Origin: Verrucomicrobiia bacterium
GTDB lineage: Bacteria > Verrucomicrobiota > Verrucomicrobiia > Limisphaerales > UBA1319
Length of the DNA stretch: 15,769 nucleotides
Direction: 5' to 3'
Assembly (NCBI GenBank): GCA_017880715.1
Contig: JADGRT010000019.1
Span: forward strand, 1 to 15,769
Part shown: positions 7,021 to 13,378 of the stretch, one piece after another
Numbering within the stretch: the stretch's first letter is position 1
Layout of the letters: each line of letters starts with the position of its first letter
Made by a program: the position numbers and the translations under genes
The notes under the pieces: generated by a model
The model's database searches: none
Told to the model about the DNA's origin: nothing
What the model saw: only the letters and a program-made list of their open reading frames with translations

Positions 7021-9108
7021 ATGAAAACGACGAAATCCGAATGTGTCCTGGCGTTGACGCTGGCGCTGGTTGCCGGTGAAACCGTGCTCCAATCCGACGA
7101 AGGCATGTGGTTATACACCGATCCCCCGCGCCGGCAGCTCAAGGAAAAGTACGGATTCGAACCGAGCGACGCCTGGCTCGAACATGTGCGCCAATCCTCG
7201 GTGCGTTTCAACAGCGGCGGGTCCGGCTCTTTCGTGTCCGAGGACGGTCTGATCCTTTCCAACCACCATGTGGGCGCCGACAGTCTGCAAAAGTTCGGCG
7301 ACGAACAGCACAATTATTACCGGGACGGTTTTTTTGCGCGGACTCGCGCGGAGGAAAAGAAATGTTTCGATCTCGAGCTCAACGTGCTGATGGAGATCGA
7401 AGATGTGACGGATCGTGTGAACTCCGCGGTCAAGGCCGATCAGACGCCCGAGGAGGCCTTTGCGGCGCGTCGTGCCGTGATGGCCGCGATCGAAAAGGAG
7501 TCGTTGGAAAAGACCGGCCTGCGCAGCGACGTGGTGACGCTCTACCAGGGCGGCCGATACCATCTTCATCGTTTCAAGAAATACACCGATGTGCGCCTGG
7601 TGTTTGCCCCCGAACAGCAGATCGCCTTCTTCGGGGGCGATCCGGACAATTTCGAGTATCCGCGATTCGACCTTGATATCTGCTTCTTCCGCGCTTACGA
7701 AAACGGTCAACCAGCCAGGATTTCGCATTTTTTGAAATTCAGCTCCACCGGACCTGCTGAAAACGAGTTGGTGTTCGTTTCGGGGCATCCGGGTCACACC
7801 TCCCGGTCGCTGACGGTGGATGAACTGGCCTACCTGCGGGACCAACGATTTCCTTATGCCATGCAATGGTTGAACCGGTTGGAGGTCATGCTGATCGCGT
7901 ACAGTGCGCGCAACGAAGAAAGCGCCCGCCGCGCGAAAGAATTCCTTTTTGGCGTGCAGAACAGCCGCAAGGCCCGCGAGGGCATGCTGGCCGGGTTGCT
8001 GGATCCGCAAATCATGGCGCGGAAACAGGCCGATGAGACCCGCCTGCGCCAGGCCGTGGCCGGCAAACCGGAGTTGCGGGAGGCCCGGCCGGCCTGGGAC
8101 ACGATTACCGCCGCGCAAAAGGTCATCGCCCAAAACAACCGCCCGTACAACCTGCTGGAAAGCGCTCACGGTTTCAACAGCACCCTGTTCCAAATTGCCC
8201 GAACCTTGTTGCGGTCCGCCGAAGAAAAATCCAAGCCCAATGGCGACCGGCTCCGCGAATTTCGCGATTCCAACCGCGAGTCGCTGGAACTGGAGCTGTT
8301 CTCCGAGGAGCCGTTGTATGACGATTTCGAACAGATCAAACTGGCCCATTCGCTGACGTGGCTGGTTGGCAACCTGGGCTACTCCCACCCGGTGGTGCAA
8401 TTAGCGCTGGCCGGAAAATCGCCGCGCGACCGCGCCGCCGACCTGGTGCTGAATACCAGGGTCAAAGACGTTGCCCGGCGCAAAAAGCTTTATGCCGGCA
8501 CACCGCAAGACGTGGCTGCGGCGCATGATCCCCTGATCGAGCTGGCCCGGACGGTGGATGCCGAGGCGCGGGCGGTGAGGAAAATCCTCGAAACCCAGGA
8601 TGAGTTGAAGCAGCAGGCGTATGCCAAAATTGCCAAGGCGCGCTTTGCGTTCGAAGGCACCAGCGCCTATCCCGACGCCACGTTCACTTTGCGGCTGGCT
8701 TATGGCTTGGTGAAAGGCTACGAAGAAGAAGGCCGGAAGGTTCCGTTCCAGACCACCTTCGCCGGACTCTACGAGCGTTCGGCGGCGCATCAAAACCAGC
8801 CGCCCTTCGATTTGCCCAAACGATGGATCGAACGAAAGTCCAGGCTGGATTTGAATACACCGTTCAATTTCGTTTCGACGGCGGACATCATCGGCGGCAA
8901 CTCGGGCAGCCCCAACGTGAATCGCCAAGGCGAGTTCGTGGGCATTATTTTCGACGGCAACATTCAATCGTTGGTGTTGGATTTCATCTACACCGAAGAG
9001 CAGGCACGCGCGGTATCGGTGCATTCGCGGGCCATTCTCGAATCGTTGCGCCAGGTCTATGATGCCGGCTCGCTGGCGGACGAACTGCTGGGCAAAAGAC
9101 AACCCTGA
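7021..9108 (+). CDS. Secreted family S46 serine peptidase (dipeptidyl-peptidase 7/11-like)
   Basis: Signal peptide, then the DEGMWL mature N-terminus typical of DPP7/DPP11. Catalytic His region GLILSNHHVGAD and catalytic Ser in GGNSGSPNVN near the C-terminus. 695 aa. Confidence 0.88.
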   Translation: MKTTKSECVLALTLALVAGETVLQSDEGMWLYTDPPRRQLKEKYGFEPSDAWLEHVRQSSVRFNSGGSGSFVSEDGLILSNHHVGADSLQKFGDEQHNYYRDGFFARTRAEEKKCFDLELNVLMEIEDVTDRVNSAVKADQTPEEAFAARRAVMAAIEKESLEKTGLRSDVVTLYQGGRYHLHRFKKYTDVRLVFAPEQQIAFFGGDPDNFEYPRFDLDICFFRAYENGQPARISHFLKFSSTGPAENELVFVSGHPGHTSRSLTVDELAYLRDQRFPYAMQWLNRLEVMLIAYSARNEESARRAKEFLFGVQNSRKAREGMLAGLLDPQIMARKQADETRLRQAVAGKPELREARPAWDTITAAQKVIAQNNRPYNLLESAHGFNSTLFQIARTLLRSAEEKSKPNGDRLREFRDSNRESLELELFSEEPLYDDFEQIKLAHSLTWLVGNLGYSHPVVQLALAGKSPRDRAADLVLNTRVKDVARRKKLYAGTPQDVAAAHDPLIELARTVDAEARAVRKILETQDELKQQAYAKIAKARFAFEGTSAYPDATFTLRLAYGLVKGYEEEGRKVPFQTTFAGLYERSAAHQNQPPFDLPKRWIERKSRLDLNTPFNFVSTADIIGGNSGSPNVNRQGEFVGIIFDGNIQSLVLDFIYTEEQARAVSVHSRAILESLRQVYDAGSLADELLGKRQP

Positions 9109-9109
9109 C

Positions 9110-9352
9110 CTATCCACCCTGCTCGGCCTTGCGTTTGGGGCGGCGCACGAAGTAATAAAGCGCGGCGCCAATGATATGGGTGAACAGGATGATGAGCACC
9201 CAGATCAGTTTGTCGTTGCCCTCGCCTCGCTCCTTCGTGGCGCAATCCACCAGCATCCAGATCCAAAAGACCATGCCCAGGATGCCCACGACGAAAACCA
9301 GAAACAAAACCAGGATGTAAAACAATATGCCTGCTAGTGCGACACTTTCCAT
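9110..9352 (-). CDS. Small two-TM membrane protein with a PLDc_N (phospholipase-D N-terminal-like) domain
   Basis: 80 aa. Motif W...LVD...KLIWVLIILFTHIIGAALYYFVRR matches the PLDc_N/DUF pattern. An AAAGGAAC Shine-Dalgarno-like sequence lies 7-12 nt upstream of the ATG (minus strand). Confidence 0.65.
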   Translation of the reverse strand: MESVALAGILFYILVLFLVFVVGILGMVFWIWMLVDCATKERGEGNDKLIWVLIILFTHIIGAALYYFVRRPKRKAEQGG

Positions 9353-9417
9353 AATCGTTCCTTTACGTCTCGGTAGCCAAGATCCTTGGCGTTCCGGCCA
9401 AGGGGCTCGGATCCCAA

Positions 9418-10092
9418 TTACCCACTGCCAATGGGCGGCAAGTCACCGCCAATCTTATAACCGCCGCCGAGTCTGCCGTCCGTGCGTGCCGCTGGCGGCG
9501 CTGCCGGTTCTGTTTTCGCCGTGGATTCAACTGCTGGCGCCCCCTTGCTTTGATAGCCGTTCACGATCCAATCCAATCGTCCTGAATGAATGTCCACCAG
9601 CAGCCCGTGAATGGGAATGGTTGGGGCGATCAGCACGCTGCTGCGCGCCAGTTGCACGGCCCGCTGGACGTTGTGCTGCTCGTCCGTGAACTGGCTCAAA
9701 AAGTCGTTTAATTTGCCCGCAGCCTGGGCCAGGTCGATGCCCAACGCTTGCAGGTGCTGCAGCAGTTGTGGCGGCCGCAGGTTGCAGAATGGACAATCCG
9801 TGTGGCCGATGACGAGAATCTCGCGCGCGCGATGCACGGCGCAGGCCAGGGAGAGTGTCAGCAAGGTGTCGCAACCCAGATGGGCGATCCGGTTGCCGGC
9901 ACTGGTCACCCAGATGAAGTCTTCTTCGGCCACCCCCAAGACCTCAGGCATGAGCGGATGCATCCGTGGATCAATGCACGTCAGCGCCGCAATGGGCAGC
10001 GAATTCGCGAAGTCCGCCGGACGCAATCCCGCCCGCGAATCACCCGCCAGAGCCCGGTGATTGGCCTCGACCATGGCTTCAACCAGTCGCAT
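9418..10092 (-). CDS. Beta-class carbonic anhydrase. True start is the ATG at 10092 (MRLVEAMVEANHRALAG...); the upstream part of the track ORF (to 10311) is out-of-frame overlap with the preceding gene.
   Basis: Zn-ligand motifs CIDPR (Cys/Asp/Arg dyad region) and VIGHTDC (His/Cys), plus FIWVTSAGNRI. The ATG lies 2 nt after the stop of the Zn-ribbon gene. Confidence 0.85.
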   Translation of the reverse strand: MRLVEAMVEANHRALAGDSRAGLRPADFANSLPIAALTCIDPRMHPLMPEVLGVAEEDFIWVTSAGNRIAHLGCDTLLTLSLACAVHRAREILVIGHTDCPFCNLRPPQLLQHLQALGIDLAQAAGKLNDFLSQFTDEQHNVQRAVQLARSSVLIAPTIPIHGLLVDIHSGRLDWIVNGYQSKGAPAVESTAKTEPAAPPAARTDGRLGGGYKIGGDLPPIGSG

Positions 10093-10094
10093 GA

Positions 10095-10427
10095 TTAATG
10101 TTGATTGACGTTGCCGTCGGTTACGACGCCGGCCTTGTCGGGGCTTTCCGCCCAGTACCAGACCGTGACCACGCCGTCGCCGCTGTCGCTCGAGTGGGAA
10201 ATGCCGGCAACTCGCTCCGGTCCCAATGACGTGGCGAAATCCGCCGCGCGCTGAAACAGATCCTCCCACGAAGTCAATGTCCCGCGGAACATCTCGTACC
10301 GCATGGTCCAAACTGGGGCATGCCCTGCTGCACCTTCACCGGTCGACGTCCCGCGCGGGGTGGAACACTTCCAACAGGAATCGAAGTTGTCTTCGCTGCG
10401 TTCTCGGCAGTTGGTGCAAATCCACAT
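10095..10427 (-). CDS. Small protein with an N-terminal C4 zinc-ribbon (CTNC-x11-CWKC) and a C-terminal domain of unknown function
   Basis: 110 aa. The start codon overlaps the flotillin stop (TAATG, minus strand). A stop codon sits 2 nt before the carbonic anhydrase ATG. These couplings argue it is a real gene despite its small size. Confidence 0.6.
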   Translation of the reverse strand: MWICTNCRERSEDNFDSCWKCSTPRGTSTGEGAAGHAPVWTMRYEMFRGTLTSWEDLFQRAADFATSLGPERVAGISHSSDSGDGVVTVWYWAESPDKAGVVTDGNVNQH

Positions 10428-11950
10428 TACGCCTTGGGCTCGTCTTTACCCGCCGCCCGTCTCAAGGCGGGCACTTGTTCGAGCAATTTCTCCAGTTTGA
10501 TGCCCGTAAGGCCTTCCACCACGGCCGGCAGTTGGCTGATGATCTGAGTCACATCGCTGGTCAGCTTGCTGGCGCCACCGCCGGGACCGTTGCCGGAGTT
10601 GATGATGATGATCTTCTCGGTCTTGGACAGCGGTTCGCTGATCTTGCCGGCCAGGCCGGGAAGGGCCTCGACAATCATCTGGATGACAGCCGCCTCGTTG
10701 TACTGTTTGAAGGAATCGGCCTTCATGCGCATCGCTTCGGCCGTCGCTTTGCCCTGCGCTTCGATGACGGCGGCCTCGGCCAGACCGCGGGCGCGGTTGG
10801 CATCCGCTTCGGCCAGACCCGTGGCCTTGACCACGTCCGCTTGCGCAAAACCTTTGGCTTTGGCGGCCGACGCGGCGCCGCTGGCCTCGGTTTCGAGCTG
10901 GAACTTGGTGGCATTGGCCAGGGTTTCGACGCGATACCGCTCGGCATCGGCCGGTTTCTGGATGTTGGCCTCGAGTTCGCGTTGTTTGCGTTGAATTTCC
11001 TGTTGCTGCAACTCGATCTGTTTCTGTTTCTCGATGATGTTGACCTGGATCTCTTCCGCCTTCACCAACTGGCCGGTCTTGAACTTCTGCAGATCGTAGG
11101 CGAGGTCGGCCTCGGCCTTCTTTTGATTCACCGTCGCCTGGTACTGGGCCACGTTCGACTGGTAATCCCGCTGGGCTTCGGCGATTTTGGTGTCCGCCGC
11201 GAATTTGGCCTCCTGGCCGCTTTGCGTGGCTTGCGCCGAGCGAATCATCGAGTCGCGATCGGCCTCGGCCTGGGCGATGATGGCGTCGCGTTTCACCTGG
11301 GCGATGCGCGGTTTGCCGAGGGCTTCGAGGTAGCCCTGGCTGTCTTTGATGTCGCGGATGGTGAAGCTGACGATGCCCAAACCCATGTTAGCCATGTCGC
11401 CGGCGGCAACCTCCTGAACCTTGGCGGCAAAGGCGTCGCGGTTCTGGTAAATATCCTCCACCGTCATGGTGCCCAGAATCGCCCGCAAGTGACCCTCGAG
11501 GGTCTGCATGGCGATGTTCTTGATGTCGTCGGTTCCCTTGCTCAGGAATTGCTCAGCCGCGGTGGCGATGGAGATGTCATCGCCCTTGACCTTGATCTGA
11601 GCCACGCCATCGACGCGCACCGGCACGCCTTTGCTCGTATAGACCTCGGGCGTTTGAACGTCGATGGTCAACAGCTCGAGGGATAAAATGTCCACCTTTT
11701 CCACCACCGGCACAACGAACGTGCCGCCGCCCTTGACGATGCGGAAGCCACGGGCGCGCGCCGTGCCGTCGGCATCGACGTAGCGATGCTGGCGGCCCGA
11801 CACCACGAGCACCTCGTTGGGGCCAACCTTGGTGTAGCGGCTGGCATAGACGGAGATGAACAGGATGATCACCACGACGATGGCGGCGACCACCAGCCCG
11901 ATTAATCCGAGTTGGAAGCTCATTTGAGCAAACAAGGGAGACATATTCAT
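10427..11950 (-). CDS. floT: Flotillin-like SPFH/band-7 protein (YuaG/FloT-type)
   Basis: 507 aa. N-terminal TM helix, an SPFH core (VLVVSGR...RVDGVAQIKV...TVEDIYQNRD), then a long A/E/Q-rich coiled-coil 'flotillin' region (AEADRDSMIRSAQATQSGQEAKFAADTKIAEAQRDYQ...). AAAGGAAC Shine-Dalgarno upstream. Confidence 0.9.
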   Translation of the reverse strand: MNMSPLFAQMSFQLGLIGLVVAAIVVVIILFISVYASRYTKVGPNEVLVVSGRQHRYVDADGTARARGFRIVKGGGTFVVPVVEKVDILSLELLTIDVQTPEVYTSKGVPVRVDGVAQIKVKGDDISIATAAEQFLSKGTDDIKNIAMQTLEGHLRAILGTMTVEDIYQNRDAFAAKVQEVAAGDMANMGLGIVSFTIRDIKDSQGYLEALGKPRIAQVKRDAIIAQAEADRDSMIRSAQATQSGQEAKFAADTKIAEAQRDYQSNVAQYQATVNQKKAEADLAYDLQKFKTGQLVKAEEIQVNIIEKQKQIELQQQEIQRKQRELEANIQKPADAERYRVETLANATKFQLETEASGAASAAKAKGFAQADVVKATGLAEADANRARGLAEAAVIEAQGKATAEAMRMKADSFKQYNEAAVIQMIVEALPGLAGKISEPLSKTEKIIIINSGNGPGGGASKLTSDVTQIISQLPAVVEGLTGIKLEKLLEQVPALRRAAGKDEPKA

Positions 11951-11996
11951 AAGGTTCCTTTTTCTAAAACACTAAAACACTGGCTATTGCGCAAGC

Positions 11997-12623
11997 TCAA
12001 ACCGGCACCACGTAAAACTGGGCGCCCACGATTCGTGTAATTTTCACCGCCTGGCCGCTGGGCACCGGCAGGCCTTCTTCGGCGCGCGCCGGCGCGGTGT
12101 AACGCGTTCCAAGCTGCACATACGCGATTTCACCCACGGCATTTTCCGGTATCGGAGTAATAACGGTCGCAGTCTCTCCGACGAGCGTGTCGACGCGCGA
12201 TTCGCTCGAGCTTTGAGTCCAGGAGAACACCTTGTGGAACAGCCAGAAGACCATCGCGGCAATGGCGAAACCACTGAGGGTTGCCAGCGGCGCGCTGACC
12301 CATGGACTGCGCGTCAGGGGCAGGTTGGTAAAAATCATGCCAAACCCGCCAAAAGCGGTGATGAACGAGGCAATCGTCGTGGGGCTGACCGGCGAAAAGC
12401 CTGGCATGTCCTGATTGTTGAATCCCGCTTCGGCATGGCCGGCCGTGCCCGCGTGGCCGTCGGCTCCGCCATGCGCGCCCCCCACGTCCCCGGCATGTCC
12501 TCCGGAGACGTCCACATGGCCTTCGTGGCCGCCGCCAAAGATATGCGCCATGAAGGCGCTGGCAATGGTGAATAACAGGCCGACCCCAAAGCAGATCGAA
12601 TAGACGAAAAACGTAGTTGTCAT
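11997..12623 (-). CDS. nfeD: NfeD-like membrane protein (YuaF/NfeD short form). It is the canonical partner encoded upstream of flotillin.
   Basis: 208 aa. Three hydrophobic helices, then a C-terminal OB-fold-like beta-rich tail (DTLVGETATVITPIPENAVGEIAYVQLG...VKITRIVGAQFYVVPV). Carries an unusual 40-aa His/Gly-rich tract after TM1. Confidence 0.78.
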   Translation of the reverse strand: MTTTFFVYSICFGVGLLFTIASAFMAHIFGGGHEGHVDVSGGHAGDVGGAHGGADGHAGTAGHAEAGFNNQDMPGFSPVSPTTIASFITAFGGFGMIFTNLPLTRSPWVSAPLATLSGFAIAAMVFWLFHKVFSWTQSSSESRVDTLVGETATVITPIPENAVGEIAYVQLGTRYTAPARAEEGLPVPSGQAVKITRIVGAQFYVVPV

Positions 12624-12722
12624 AATCCATCACCGGTTCGATTCGGCCGGTATTCAATCACATAAGCACCAATCCCAGCAAGTGGAATCGGGGAAAGCGC
12701 CCCGACAGGGCAAATTCATGAA

Positions 12723-12803
12723 AGGTAGGAGACGAGGCTCATTTTAAGTTTTAAGCGGCCGCCTAATCAGAAAATCAGAGCCTCGTTACCTCGTCTCCTA
12801 CTT
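12723..12803. promoter_or_regulatory. Approximately 80-nt imperfect hairpin in the divergent nfeD / Fur-family intergenic region
   Basis: Outer helix GTAGGAGAC (12725-12733) pairs with GTCTCCTAC (12793-12801). Inner helix GAGGCTC (12734-12740) pairs with GAGCCTC (12778-12784). There is an 8-nt asymmetric bulge. The 37-nt AT-rich loop contains a TTTTAAG TTTTAAG direct repeat and a GCGGCCGC palindrome. Confidence 0.4.
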
Positions 12804-12855
12804 TGTTTGGTTCATGAATTGGCCCCGGCGCCCCGGGCAAACCGCCGTCCTGTCA

Positions 12856-12881
12856 TTGACTTGTCGGGAAGCTTTTATACA
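12856..12881 (+). promoter_or_regulatory. Possible sigma70-like promoter for the Fur-family gene: TTGACT (12856-12861), ~14-nt spacer, TATACA (12876-12881), placing the TSS only a few nt before the ATG (near-leaderless).
   Basis: Hexamers read directly from the sequence. The spacer is suboptimal, so this is tentative. Confidence 0.25.
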
Positions 12882-12889
12882 CTGCCGCC

Positions 12890-13363
12890 ATGGCCGACAA
12901 TCCGAAAAGCCGTTGTCCGAAGGAATTTTTCGATTTCGTGGTCCGTCGGGGATTGCGCCAAACGCCGCAGCGACGGGCTATCGTCGAGTTAGTCGTCAGC
13001 ACCCGCCAACATTTCACCGCCGAACAGCTCTACGACTGGGCGCGCGCCCGGGACGCCTCGGTTTCGCGGGCGACGGTTTATCGCACTTTGACCCTCCTGA
13101 CCGAAAGCGGTCTTATCCAGGAGCTCGAACTGGGCAAGGAGGTTAAGTATTACGATCCGAACTATGTGGCGCACCCGGATCACAACCACATCATCTGCCT
13201 GGACTGCGGCAAAATCATCGAGTTCGACAGCCCGGAAATCGACCAGCAAGCACAGAAGATTGCCCAGGATCTAGGGTTTGCTGTCAAGTCGCGCCGGTTG
13301 CAGATTCTGGCCACCTGCGATGAGCTGCAAAAAACCGGGCATTGCTCGCGGAAAGCGGATTAA
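12890..13363 (+). CDS. Fur-family metalloregulator. Which paralogue (Fur, Zur or PerR) cannot be decided from the sequence.
   Basis: 157 aa. N-terminal winged-helix region (GLRQTPQRRAIVELV...VSRATVYRTL) and a metal-site cluster HPDHNHIICLDCGKIIEF. The C-terminal second Cys pair is atypically spaced (C-x8-C with an adjacent His: ATCDELQKTGHC). Confidence 0.88.
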   Translation: MADNPKSRCPKEFFDFVVRRGLRQTPQRRAIVELVVSTRQHFTAEQLYDWARARDASVSRATVYRTLTLLTESGLIQELELGKEVKYYDPNYVAHPDHNHIICLDCGKIIEFDSPEIDQQAQKIAQDLGFAVKSRRLQILATCDELQKTGHCSRKAD

Positions 13364-13378
13364 TCTATCTGAAATAAC

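Noticed and set aside
6833-7024. 63-aa plus-strand ORF in the vapB / S46 intergenic region, preceded by an AAGGAG within the GTAAGG repeats
   Set aside because: The AAGGAG is ~28 nt from the ORF start, which is too far. The ORF overlaps the S46 start codon. There is no recognisable domain, and it is more likely promoter or operator DNA.
7111-8400. 429-aa ORF antisense to the S46 peptidase (plus smaller ones at 7107-7676 and 7904-8356)
   Set aside because: Embedded in a well-supported S46 peptidase gene. The sequence is low complexity with no recognisable domain. It is a high-GC antisense artefact.
10093-10311. N-terminal 73-aa extension of the carbonic anhydrase ORF (track start 10311)
   Set aside because: The extension overlaps the Zn-ribbon gene in another frame, is Arg-rich junk, and precedes a well-placed ATG (10092) that gives a normal-length beta-CA 2 nt after the upstream stop.
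10226-11686. 486-aa ORF antisense to flotillin; also 10566-10994 and 10723-10947
   Set aside because: Low-complexity Gly/Leu/Arg-rich translation opposite a confidently called flotillin gene. It is an artefact.
12130-12657. 175-aa minus-strand ORF and several plus-strand ORFs (12213-12575, 12415-12603) overlapping nfeD
   Set aside because: These are alternative frames through the GC-rich His/Gly repeat region of nfeD. The nfeD frame is supported by TM helices, the C-terminal OB-fold pattern and its operon position.
12636-12660. tRNA-like T-loop motif CCGGTTCGATTCGGCCGG just upstream of nfeD
   Set aside because: No acceptor, D or anticodon arms can be formed around it. A tRNA here would overlap the nfeD start. 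It is a chance GGTTCGATTC match.
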